From assembly GCF_001194135.2 (NCBI RefSeq), contig NC_068989.1, positions 19,543,640 to 19,607,639 on the forward strand: a stretch of DNA of 64,000 nt, in the 5' to 3' direction. The first letter of the stretch is position 1, and every line of letters begins with the position of its first letter. This document shows positions 38,670 through 50,340 of the stretch, piece after piece. Origin of the DNA: Octopus bimaculoides (lineage: Eukaryota). A program made the position numbers and the translations under genes. The notes under the pieces were generated by a model. The model had not been told where the DNA came from. It ran no database searches and saw only the letters and a list, made by a program, of their open reading frames with translations.

Positions 38670-39316
38670 ATACATTTTACATACAAGTTACACAACTCTT
38701 TTACAAAGGAAACCTAGAGTACCGGCAAGCATGGTGAATTGAAAACCACAAGAATGGCAGCAGTGAAGTAGATTGAAAGGTATATTTGTGTATGTATGTT
38801 TGAGAGTACGGGCATGTGTACACGTGTTTGTGTGCATGTAGGTAAAATTACTAGCAAGTCTATCACTGCCAGCAAGGGCTGTAGCATTGCTCTCCCCTTT
38901 TGAACACACATTTATGTTCATGGTTTTACTACTACATAACATTTTGTAATAACAATTACTCATTGAAGAAAACCATTGTCCAAATAGTAGTGACATCTGA
39001 TCTATTTAAGCCTGACTATGCCAAAACTTTTGAATGCCACCAACTCTTACAAGTAGTATAGAGAAAGAAATAAACTTTCTGCATAGGTTATACAAGATTT
39101 TTCATTTATATTGATATCACAACCACCACGTATATACAGTTGAGCAGAAACAAATATCAATGACAAAAGCAAAAAAATTTTGAACTTGTTTTACATGGTG
39201 ACTGATAAGGTCCAGAGGCAATTTGCTGTTGCATTTGATTGAACAGGCCCATGGTTCAAAAACTTTCAAGCTGTGATTATCCTGTCTTATGTAGTGCATG
39301 TAAAACTGTTACTTAA

Positions 39317-40738
39317 CCCTTTCGTTACCATATTTCTAACCAAATTACACCCCTTATGTGTTTCAATTAATTTCTAACATAATCATAAATTTAGGCTGGT
39401 TTCATTAAACAACTCTAACTTTTTTATTTATCAACATATTAATGTGATTTTTGGAAGATAAATTAACGAAAGGTTCTCAACCAATTCTATACCAAAATTT
39501 TTGTCACAAAGTGACTTTAATTACAGGTAAATTCAACAAAATATAAAATTATTTAAATTTTTGTTCAAACATCGCTATAGAAAATGGGTTATTAGCTAAT
39601 ATTCAATTGGGTATACAACAAAATATTATTATAGAAGAGTTGTGCACATTACTGGATTTATNNNNNNNNNNNNNNNNNNNNNNNNNNNNNNNNNNNNNNN
39701 NNNNNNNNNNNNNNNNNNNNNNNNNNNNNNNNNNNNNNNNNNNNNNNNNNNNNNNNNNNNNNNNNNNNNNNNNNNNNNNNNNNNNNNNNNNNNNNNNNNN
39801 NNNNNNNNNNNNNNNNNNNNNNNNNNNNNNNNNNNNNNNNNNNNNNNNNNNNNNNNNNNNNNNNNNNNNNNNNNNNNNNNNNNNNNNNNNNNNNNNNNNN
39901 NNNNNNNNNNNNNNNNNNNNNNNNNNNNNNNNNNNNNNNNNNNNNNNNNNNNNNNNNNNNNNNNNNNNNNNNNNNNNNNNNNNNNNNNNNNNNNNNNNNN
40001 NNNNNNNNNNNNNNNNNNNNNNNNNNNNNNNNNNNNNNNNNNNNNNNNNNNNNNNNNNNNNNNNNNNNNNNNNNNNNNNNNNNNNNNNNNNNNNNNNNNN
40101 NNNNNNNNNNNNNNNNNNNNNNNNNNNNNNNNNNNNNNNNNNNNNNNNNNNNNNNNNNNNNNNNNNNNNNNNNNNNNNNNNNNNNNNNNNNNNNNNNNNN
40201 NNNNNNNNNNNNNNNNNNNNNNNNNNNNNNNNNNNNNNNNNNNNNNNNNNNNNNNNNNNNNNNNNNNNNNNNNNNNNNNNNNNNNNNNNNNNNNNNNNNN
40301 NNNNNNNNNNNNNNNNNNNNNNNNNNNNNNNNNNNNNNNNNNNNNNNNNNNNNNNNNNNNNNNNNNNNNNNNNNNNNNNNNNNNNNNNNNNNNNNNNNNN
40401 NNNNNNNNNNNNNNNNNNNNNNNCGGAAAATCCTTCGAATTCTGACTCGCTGCTTGACAGAATAAAATTCGTATCCATTTTTTTTGTCAGGATTACAAAT
40501 TTTGAAAACACAACAGGAACAAATTTGGAAAAAAATCTCCCAAAATTCACAAAATTAAAAAAACATGTTGATCGTCGTACAAAACTATAGCTGAACTGTT
40601 TACACAAATAATCACGTGTTTTCACGAATGTACTAATGAGATTTGCTCAGATATTCTCATTTAAATATGAATAGGTGATAACGGGCGGCTTGGTCACATT
40701 AACCAAAATTTTTTTCGGGCGGTTTCGTAACGAAAGGG
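39317..40738 (-). mobile_element. piggyBac-superfamily element, probably non-autonomous (interior is an N gap)
   Basis: TTAA on both sides (39313-39316, 40739-40742) and a perfect 12-bp TIR ccctttcgttac/gtaacgaaaggg. An ATG at 40478 starts MDTNFILSSSESEFEGFS, a piggyBac-like acidic N-terminus. Confidence 0.85.
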
Positions 40739-40856
40739 TTAACATATGGTGAGATTAGAGATTTGACTGCTATTTCTTCCATGCTGTATGTTATAGTAAA
40801 CTTAAGAAATCCTATGTTCAATTCAATTCCCTCTCATTTTAGCACTCGCTATAATT

Positions 40857-41718
40857 ATTATCTCTGCCTTAGCGAAGGCAGAGGTATTGTTTTCAGTCGT
40901 GTTTGTTTGTCTGTGTTCAAGATATCCCAAGAACCATTGGATAGATTCAAATGAAACTTTCAGGGATGTTTGGCATGAACTGATTAGATCTTGGGATTGA
41001 TCCAGTACTGGACAAGGATTCAGGATTATTTACTATATTTACCTTACATGAAGTATTATGATCTTACACTCACTTCTCCCTTGAAAGTACATTCATGGTT
41101 TGCTGTTTCGTTTCTCTATTATTAATTTTATTCGCATCTCTATCCATAACCGATGGATAAAGAAATCAAACTACAGCAAAGTTGTTCAGAAACTAAACAC
41201 TAGCATATTCAGTAACAATAATAAATTAATCCCTGACAATTTTTACTTTTACCAATTATGAATATATCACTCCTGTTTAAAACCTCTTACCTACTTCACA
41301 ATTGCATTTCTCGCTCTGCCCTGAAGGAAGCTTTATTTCATGGACCCACGTCTTTGTGCGCAATGATGTTGTTAAACCAGTTAAAAATTTTTCACTCTAG
41401 ACCTTAAGGGTTGTAAAGACTATATCAGTGGATAGACAAAAAAAGGCCTTCATAGAGAAAACTGTCCCTGTCCCCACTGCAGACAACACACACACACAGC
41501 CATCTTCACATTCCATGACTAGCACTGGGATTGATCAGGTAACAGACAAGGATTCTGGATTATTTTTTTGTTTGACTTAATTTTTGAGAGTGGTTGGGTT
41601 CATTCTCATTCGTGAGAGTAGTTGAGTTTATTTCAGATATTTTCATTTTAAAAATAATCTGCTAATTGTTGAGAGGACGTTGGTGTTGCCCTGGTGGAGG
41701 TTTGCACTCACTGAAGTC
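40857..41718 (+). mobile_element. Helentron-associated non-autonomous element (HINE/DINE-1-like)
   Basis: 5' hairpin ctctgcctt-agcg-aaggcagag, then gtattgttttcagtcgtgtttgtttgtctgt. The 3' end gccctggtggaggtttgcactcactg matches the recalled HINE end motif. Confidence 0.6.
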
Positions 41719-41974
41719 TTTATCCCCTGACCTCTACCGGATGTCTTTTTCCTGAACACTTCCTACGACTAGCTATACAGAACGCTTTCCCCCACCTACC
41801 TTCTCCCTCCATCCCTACCTAGAGTCTATCTCCTGTTGAATGTAGTGATTATGTAGCAAATAAAATGATGGTATAGTGTATGCAGGTTGAAGGCTATTTA
41901 TATGTTTATGAGACCTGCCAAATGCAAGTGTTCTTTTCAGATGCATAATGCTGCTGTCTTCCATCCCAGACCTT

Positions 41975-42235
41975 CCACACCCTCAGAGTTGGCACATTGA
42001 AAGGTAGGTCTGGTGAGATTATTGAGATGCTTGAACAGAGACATGTAGATTTGTGCTGCACCCAAGGTGGAGAGGAAGTTTTGCTAGGTTCCTCACAGGC
42101 AAAGAACATAGGTATAAGATTTTCTGGGTAGGGAACACTGATGGGGTTGGGGGCATGGGTATACCCCTTGTGGAGAAATGGGTTGATAAGGTAAAAGAGG
42201 TAGTCAGAGTCTGTGATAGAATGTGCTGTGCTTCA
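41975..42235 (+). mobile_element. RTE APE-endonuclease fragment
   Basis: TLRVGTLKGRSGEIIEMLEQRHVDLCCTQ / RWRGSFARFLTGKEHRYKIFWVGNTDGVGGMGI.LVEKWVDKVKEVVRVCDR. Confidence 0.8.
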
Positions 42236-43039
42236 GAAGACCTGTTGAGTCAAGTGAAATTGTAGTCATGGCTGGTACCAGTGCTGCCTGACTGGCAAGT
42301 AAAACGCATCCACTACTCTTGGAGTGGTTGGCATTAGGAAGGGCATCCAGCTGCAGAAACAACGGCAGATCAGATTGGAGCCGGCTGCAGCCTCCTAGTT
42401 TGCCAGTCCTCAATCAAACCATCCCAGTATGGAAAGCGGATGTTAAACAATGATGATGATGACATTCTCTAAGTAAGAGCTTTCTCAAAACGAGCAGTAC
42501 TTCCTCTTGCAGGGGTGTGTGTGAAATAATGTTACTATAAGTACTGGGAACAGTGAAGCATGAGATATGCTTCTTAATTGCCTTTACTTTCAATTTTTAT
42601 CCTATGAGCAAATCATCTGCAGTCTGTCGTCCATGCTGGCATAAGTCGAATGGACTAGGGCTGGTAATCCGCACCAGACTCCAGTCTGATTTGGTATGGC
42701 TTTCTACAGCTGGATGCCTTTCCTAATGGCAACAACTCCCAAGTGTAATGCTTTTATGTGCTGACAGCACGAGTGTCATTTGCATGACTTGGGTCGTCTT
42801 CTCAAGCACAATATAATACCAAGGGCCTTGGTCATTGCTTCCATGAGGCCCAATGCTTGAAAGGAACATGGTTGTGCATTTAATTTTACTGTATTTTAGC
42901 AAGAGTTCAGGGTTAAGAAAGACGGAATGATAGTTTAAAAAAAAAGTTTGAGAAGCACTGGTCTAAAATTCACAGATGAAGACAAACATTTTGAAACCAA
43001 ATTTTAACTAAGAATATTGGTTAATTTTGTAATACTTAC

Positions 43040-43103
43040 TTCAGCAATGTTTATTTGTACAGAAGCATGATCTTTGGCAGCAATAATGCTGTTACTGGCT
43101 GAA
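43040..43103 (-). CDS. RPS21: RPS21 coding exon (64 nt): (C)SASNSIIAAKDHASVQINIAE
   Basis: Acceptor tttttgtgtctctag and donor GAA|GTAAGT. Matches eS21 [22 protein letters not shown]. Not in the ORF track. Confidence 0.96.
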
Positions 43104-43263
43104 CTAGAGACACAAAAAGAAAAAAATATGAAAGCAATGATTATGATCATGTAGATAATTATTTTAGTTTGGAAAGAAAAATTACCATTGCAATTATTAT
43201 ACTAAAAAAAAATTACTTGTAGATACTATTTTATAAACACCATTTAGTGTTTGGAAACAGTTC

Positions 43264-43394
43264 AGATGTATGAACCAGTTGAATATTCAGAAGATTAGAA
43301 ATCTGAGATACATTTTCAACAGTTCAACATTTTATATACCAAAGTTTTGACTCCACTCACAGGTTTTTACCATGAGTCGCAACACCCTTTGGAA
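43264..43394 (-). ncRNA. SNORA13: Box H/ACA snoRNA, SNORA13/snR35-like (18S Psi1248 guide), copy A
   Basis: 5' hairpin ccaaag-ggtgttgc...gtcaaaa-ctttgg, H box ATATAA, 3' hairpin, ACA-tct. The pocket pairs with 18S UUUGAC-Psi-C-AACAC. Confidence 0.85.
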
Positions 43395-44556
43395 AATGAT
43401 CACCATAACTCCAATATCGAAATATGCTAACATTATNNNNNNNNNNNNNNNNNNNNNNNNNNNNNNNNNNNNNNNNNNNNNTTCTTCGCCACATCACCAA
43501 ATGAAATATGCTTATTGGTCGTTGCACCAGAAAATAACGGGGTAATCTTTTGGAATACGTCTTATTATTATCGTCATTTTCCGTGAGCACGTCTTTTTAA
43601 TTGTAAACACTCCCGTTCTGTTTGACGTGTGGAAGAGGACGCTAATGGGTGTGTGTGTGCGAGTTGGTTTTATGTAACCATTTCTTTAAGTGTTATTCTT
43701 TTACTTGTTTCAATCATTTGACTGCGGCCATGTTGGAGCACTGCCTTTAGTCGAAAACATCGACCCCAGGACTTATTCTATCGATCTCTTTGCCGATTCG
43801 CTAAGTTAAGGGGACGTAAACACACCAACATCGATTGTCAAGCGATGGTGGCGGGACAAACAGATACATATAAAACGGGCTTCTTTCAGTTTCCGCCAAC
43901 CAAATCCACACACAAGTTTTAATTGACCGACTTTTTTTCCATGCATGCTGCAATATTTCGGCTCTTCGGTCATTAACAAAAAACCCCACATGGCTTTTTC
44001 GACGTTTATCTCGTTTTCTTCCTGGAAATTTACGGATTTTACATACAGAAATAAAGCAGGTAAGAACAAATATGGGCAATCTTTCGGAATACATCTCATT
44101 AACTTCGTCATTTTCCGTGAGCACGTTGACTTGTCAATTGTAAACATTCGTGTGCGTGCTTATTCTTGTTTGACGTGTTAAAGTGGAAGAGGAAGCTAAT
44201 GGGTGTACGTGTGTGTGTGGAGGAAGCTAATAAGTGTACATATTCCGGTCCTTTCCTCAGAATCATAGAAGTGGCATTAACAATTTCGATAATAATACAA
44301 GGGACGTAACTCTTAAAACAATAAGGAAGATAATATCGCCAAGAAAAATCACACAAAATCAAAATGTTAGAATTCAAGAGAATTCGTATTAGAATTTTGA
44401 AAGTGTGTTTCTAGCATCTCAGGTTTTCTGTTTAGATACTTTTTGCGTCTGTTATTGTGTAATGCTATACGTGCGTGAAACATTAGTAGAGTAAACACTT
44501 TTAATTTCACTTCTTGTCAAATGATGACTGTGGTACGAAGCTATTATATAAAGTGT

Positions 44557-44686
44557 AAATGTGTGAACCAGCAGAATAATCAGAACGTTGGAATTCTGAG
44601 ATTGTTTTCAGCAGTTCAACATTTTCTGTACCAAAGTTTTGACTCCACTCACAGGTTTTTACCATGAGTCGCAACACCCTTTGGAA
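44557..44686 (-). ncRNA. SNORA13: Box H/ACA snoRNA, SNORA13/snR35-like, copy B
   Basis: 5' hairpin identical to copy A, H box ACAGAA, ACA-ttt end. The 3' hairpin has diverged with a compensatory U-A to C-G change. Confidence 0.85.
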
Positions 44687-45985
44687 AACAATCACGAGGA
44701 AACAAAAGCGGCAGTACATCGAACTAGCTGTGCTATATACCTAATCAACCTAATTTTCGTTTTAACGTCCACTTTCCATGCCATATTTTTTTACGACCAG
44801 ATGCCCTCGCCAATCCTCACCTATTCCCAATTTAGGTATTTTCGGTCTACCATATTTTCTCATTGAAGTTTGGAAACGGAGGGTACGACTCCCATGACGT
44901 CCCCCCCCCCACCATTTTAAGGTCCGCCTGAGACTAGGGTGAAAGATACTCGCAGCAGGTGCCACGCAGTAGGACTGAAACCGAAACCACACAGCCTCTC
45001 TAGTTAAAACTAATTTTGTATCTTCTCATTACAGTAAATGTTTTGCTTTGAAGAATAACGATATCTAAAAATATGCAAACTTGTCTCCTGCGTGTTTTGA
45101 ATTCAGGCCTGTTCCAATCGAGCAAACCTATGTGATTAAAGACCTTATTTTTTCAATATTACAGATATCTACTACTACTTTATACAAGTTTTATTTGTAT
45201 TTAAAATGGTAGGGTGTGATTTGGGTACTATTTTTAGCAGATCTAGAGACCACACTTACAGGTCTCGGGGTGTGTCATCGCTGCTTTCTGAAGAAAAGTA
45301 TGAAGTGAGAGTAACTAGGGATCGAAAATTGTATGTGGAATAAAACCGAGCATTCCTGATGTGAAAGGGATAAAAGAATTAAGAGCAAAGTGATCATATT
45401 TTGACGCTTATTCAGTCGCCTTGTACATGAATGAAATAAATGTTTCTACTTTAAGGCACAAGGCCTGAAATTTTGGGGGAGGGGGCCATTCGATTACATC
45501 GACTCCAGTGCGAAACTGGTACTTGATTTATCGACTCCAGCGGCATTTGAACTCAGAACGTAAAGACAGATGAAATACCGATATGCATTTCGCCCGGCGT
45601 GCTAATGATTCTGCCAGTTCGCCGCAGAATGAAATAAGGGTAAGATAAAAACAAAAACACGAATAAAAATTGCAAATCTTCGTTTCTACATGAATGACAA
45701 ACTTTCCCGAGAAAAATAAATAGGATATGGTAACTTTTATGCTAGTTACAAAAAAAAAAAGTTAAAGAGCTTATGAAAAGCCTTAGCGATCTTTCGTTTA
45801 GAGAACCTTAAATTTAGGATTGTAAATGAAAGGAAACTAAGCCAAAAACGTAGTACAAGATCTCCCGTGTATAATACAGGACTATTACAAGATACACACC
45901 AGAGGTATATAATAAAGTAGGCAAAAATAATTTCAAAATATAATTGAGAAAAAGAAAACGTGTAAACCACGTGTGTGGAGCATAC

Positions 45986-46035
45986 CATTTCCTTGGGATA
46001 TACATATCCACGAATTCACCTGCTTCGTTCTGCAT
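45986..46035 (-). CDS. RPS21: RPS21 first coding exon (50 coding nt; exon starts at 46063): MQNEAGEFVDMYIPRK(C)
   Basis: Unmistakable eS21 N-terminus. Donor TG|GTATGC; upstream acceptor ttactattgcag at 46064-46065. Confidence 0.97.
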
Positions 46036-46169
46036 AATCCTTTCTTTATTCTAAGAAAATCTTCTGCAATAGTAAAGAAACAAAATGCGAGACTTAACAA
46101 ATCATTGTACATTTAAAACCCTCAGTAATTCCATTATTAGTTTTAAGAAGAATCACACCAACAACTTAC

Positions 46170-46201
46170 AGTTAAAATGGACGACCGTGAAAAGGAAGAG
46201 G
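46170..46201 (-). promoter_or_regulatory. RPS21: RPS21 non-coding exon 1 with TCT initiator / 5'TOP tract
   Basis: cCTCTTCCTTTTC fits YC+1TYTYY. Donor T|GTAAGT at 46169; TATAAT about 21-26 nt upstream; local CpG retention. Confidence 0.8.
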
Positions 46202-49200
46202 AACACGAGATTTCGGGTAAATTATAACGAGAATCACGTTGTCCTCTCGTTCAGTATTTTTTTTTACGGGGGAGAATAAAAAGAATTAAAAAGGTTTCCT
46301 TTCATAAATGTAATTTTAATTGTTAAAATAACTATTATTTCTAAATATGAATTAGCTTAACGATTAAATACATATGTTTATTTTATGAATTAAAAAAAAA
46401 TTCATACATCTGTAAGAGTGCAGACGCACACCTCTTCCTGTAATACCGCAAAAATAAAACCGGAGATCGTCTCATCTCGTTCCTTTCTAATTCTTCCAAA
46501 TCCCAAATCTGTTCAACCCCATGTCTTTGCGCCAATTATCTACAAATATTCTCGGTTGAGGATTTGTAATACAAACGAATAACCTCAGTCGCTAGTCACA
46601 GAACAAGGTGATTGCTTATAATAGTGCTTTAAACCTGTGCACATGGCCGTAAAGGCATACATATGCAATGTACATTTCCGACTTTGTTTCCTTTAACTTT
46701 GAATACTTTCTAATGAAATAATCACAAATTTATTTCTGTTGATGTAGATTACAGTTATATCAGAATTTGTTGTGAAAATTGTTTGGGAGGTGGGGATAAG
46801 AGTTTCGCATAATTCACACGCCTCACCCTTGATTTCTCATGTTTTGATGTAAACTGCAATCACGGAAAAAAATAAATTGAGGATTCTTTCTCCTTTTCCC
46901 TTTTGGAATTTGTTAAATGAATTATCAGTATCTCTACCGCCATTCATGCCAGTTTTCAAAATACAAGGTCAAATTTACCACAGAATAAGTTTCGTTGTAT
47001 AATACAGATGAAAATATTCCTAAATATGCTCAAGTTTAAATTATTCATGATTTAAATGACCAAATTAATATCAGAAATAGATTTCCCGCAAGAAAATTAG
47101 GCGGAGGTAAAGAATACGTACACCACCCGTTTTCGGCATAATCCTCACCCTAAACACCGGGTGTGCATATTCTTCGCCACATTACCAAATAAAATATGCT
47201 TATTAGTCGTTGCACCAGAAAATAACGGGCTAATCTTTTGGAATACGTCTCAGACTTATCTTCGTCATTTTCCCTAACACTAATTTAAATTATGTACTTT
47301 TGTTAATAAAATATAATTTAGATCAATAAATGATAGGTCATTCTAGTTTTCAATAAAATGAAATGTTTCAGCTGCTAATTTTTGTTTCCATAAATTATGC
47401 TGGTATCTCTGGAAAATTTCATATTATTAAAAAGATATTCATTTGACAAGTTCCAGGTGGAATACTCCTCAAAAGTATATATTATTCAACACTACTAGAA
47501 TCTACATCGCAAAAACATATGAAGAAACAAAGTCGGGATGCATGAAATATCTGCCCCTCTCCATTTTTTTTTCACATTAAATTTCGGTGTAACCTTAATG
47601 CACACTATCTGAAAGACATTTGTAGAAAATGAAAAACCGATTTTTCTGAAAGTTATGAGGTGGAGTCGAGGCTGTGGTAAGTTTGCTTCCCAACTACATG
47701 GTTCCGAGTTCAGTTCCTCTGTGTGATATGTTGAACGTGTTTTCTATAGCCTCCAACCAACCAAAGCTGTGTCAGTGGATTTGGTTGATGGAAACTGAAA
47801 GGAGCCTGTCATATACATGTCTATGATTGTGCCCCACCACTGCTTGACAACTGGTGTTGGTGTGTTTATGTCTTTGTAACAATGGTTTGGCAAAAGAGAC
47901 CAATAGAATAAGTACCAAGCTTAAAAAGATAAGTACTGGGGCCAATTTGTTCAACTAAAATTCTTCAAGGTGGTGCCCCAGCATGGCTTCAGCCTTTTGA
48001 CTAAAGCAATTGCAAAGATAAAGAAAATCGCAGCATGTGAATTATCCAAAAACTTATCTCAACACCTCCTGATGAAACAATTTTCACTAAATCCGATATA
48101 GTTGTAATCTATACCATGTGAAACTCGTATAAAATTTCATTAAAATAACATCCCCTTTTCAGAAAGTTTTGAGGAAACAAATTCAGGCAGGAGACACATT
48201 TGCATAGTTATAACTGCATGGAAATTAGGGGAAGGGGTTATATAGGCACCAGTGCTGAACTGGAACTCATTTTATTGACCCCGAAGGAATGAAGGGAAAA
48301 GTTGACCTTGGTGAGATTTGGTCTCAGAAAGTAAAAAGTTGGAATAAATACCATAAAGCATTTTGTTTGACAGTAATGTTTCAGTCAAGCCACCACTTTT
48401 ACTAATAATAACAGTTTCTTAATTAGGCACAAAGCCTACAATTTTGAAAGAGGGATCTTGATACAATTGATCCCAGTGCTTAAGTGGTACTTTTCTATTT
48501 CATTGATGCCGGAGGGGTTGTCCTTAGTGGAATTTCAATTCAAAATGTAAAGAGCTGGAACAATTATTGCATAGCATTTTTTTCCTAATGTTTTCACAAT
48601 TCTGCTCACTGCCTTAAAATAATTTCTAATTGAGGTATAAGGTCAACAATTTTGAGGGGAGATCTTGAAAGGAATGAAAGGCAGAGTTGACCTCAGCAAG
48701 ATTTTAATTCAGAATGCTACCTTAATAATAATTATGCACCAGTGACAGGTAAAAGGCACCTGTACTTGTGACACGTAAATGGGCACCAGTGTTGGTGATG
48801 TAAAAGACACCCAGTACACTGTAAAGTACTTGATGTTAGGAAGAGCATCCAGCTGTAGAAACCACGTCAAAGAAAATACAAGCCTGGTACAGCTCTAGTC
48901 AAACTGTCTACCCAGCATGGAAAATGGATATTAAATGATAATGATTTAAGGTTATGCACCAACACATAAGTGAGGGCTTGGTTGCAGTATAACTTGATTC
49001 ACCAACTACTGGCATGGGTTGTACGGTTTGACCAGAGCTGGCAAGCTGGGGAGTTGTTCCAGGTTCTAGTCCTATTTGGCTTGGTTTCTATGGCTGGATG
49101 CCACTTCTTAATGCCAACCACTTTACAGTGTGTACTGGGTGCTTTTAACATGGCACCACATGTGTGTTTTTACATGATACCAACATGAGTGCTTTTTATG

Positions 49201-49637
49201 TGGCACTGGCACATGACACTTGCAGGCCAATCCTCTTCACCACCAAGGGGAGTAACCTTAACACTTCTGCTGTGGAGGACAGGTCTTCTTGAGTAAAAAA
49301 AAAATAACTAAAACTATACCAACAACACTCTGCAAAGACATAGTGATCTTCTCAAATTCCATTAAACAGGTGATCATGTGGGAACTGACATTACTCTTAA
49401 AAGAACATGTGGAGTAAGTGCATGAGAGGATGCTTGTTGGGACAATAACATCCATCAAGACTTCCATGCATCCTGAAATTCACAATCAGTACATTCAATT
49501 CCCACACCCCCATTTTTTTTTTATCAATGACATATTCACTGTTGACTTCCTGTGTATATTCTATGTATTGTTCACTTTTTCTGATCAGTTATAGTGCACC
49601 TGAGCACTATATACAATAAGTTTATTTTATTATATGT

Positions 49638-49976
49638 GGTTAGGGCAGCGGACTCGCGGTTTCGATTCCCAGACCGGGCGTTGTGAGTGTTTATTGAGCG
49701 AAAACACCTAAAGCTCCACAAGGCTCTGGCAGGGGATGGTGGCGAACCCTGCTGTACTCTTTCACCACAACTTTCTCTCACTCTTCCTTCCTGTTTCTGT
49801 TGTGCCTGTAATTCAAAGGGTCGGCCTTGTCACACTGTCATGCTGAATATCCCTGAGAACTACGTTAAGGGTACACATGTCTGTGGAGTGCTCAGCCACT
49901 TGCACGAGCAGGCTGTTCCGTTGATCGGATCAACTGGAACCCTCGACGTCGTAAGCGACGGAGTGCCAACAACAAC
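49638..49976 (+). mobile_element. 5'-truncated copy of the (CAA)n-tailed tRNA SINE
   Basis: Close match to 29204-29592; 9-bp TSD attatatgt. Confidence 0.88.
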
Positions 49977-49986
49977 ATTATATGTC

Positions 49987-50340
49987 AGTGCCAGGTGCTG
50001 GTAGAGCAGTGCAAAGATCAGGGTTGGCAGACATGTTGTGAGGCAATAGAAGTGAGCTGTCGAGGGTTTGTGGGGGCGTTCATTTTGCAAAGCTCTGACT
50101 GCGTTTGGAGTTACTGGTGCAGGGAAGAGGAAGGCTATAAATTCCATCACTGAAGCTGCAGAGAATGCCACGAAGTGGCTTTGGATAAGGAAGGCAGACC
50201 AGTAGTTTGTTGCTATTGGGATGGAAACTGGGGCATGATCAACCCCAGCTAGGTCAACTGGATGAGGGGTCTGATGCTAAAAGACTCGAAACCCACCCAA
50301 AGTCCAGAAACATCACTGATGCTGCATTCCAGAACATTTG
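49987..50340 (+). mobile_element. Hero/R2-like (restriction-like endonuclease) non-LTR retrotransposon 3' fragment
   Basis: LVEQCKDQGWQTCCEAIEVSCRGFV...KALTAFGVTGAGKRKAINSITEAAENATKWLWIRK, followed by a 3' UTR tgatcaaccccagctaggtca...gactcgaaaccc. Confidence 0.7.

Noticed and set aside
39188-39306. 10-bp inverted repeat gttttacatg/catgtaaaac enclosing about 100 nt
   Set aside because: There are no C/D or H/ACA boxes on the host strand and no TSD; it is plausible by chance in AT-rich DNA.
39603-40625. Long ORFs spanning N runs (also at 17548, 22170, 61401, 62260)
   Set aside because: They are open only because N codons are not stops.
43482-43600. ATGACGA-containing repeat as a C/D snoRNA
   Set aside because: There is no consistent D box or terminal stem, one copy lies upstream of the TSS outside any intron, and I found no convincing rRNA complement.
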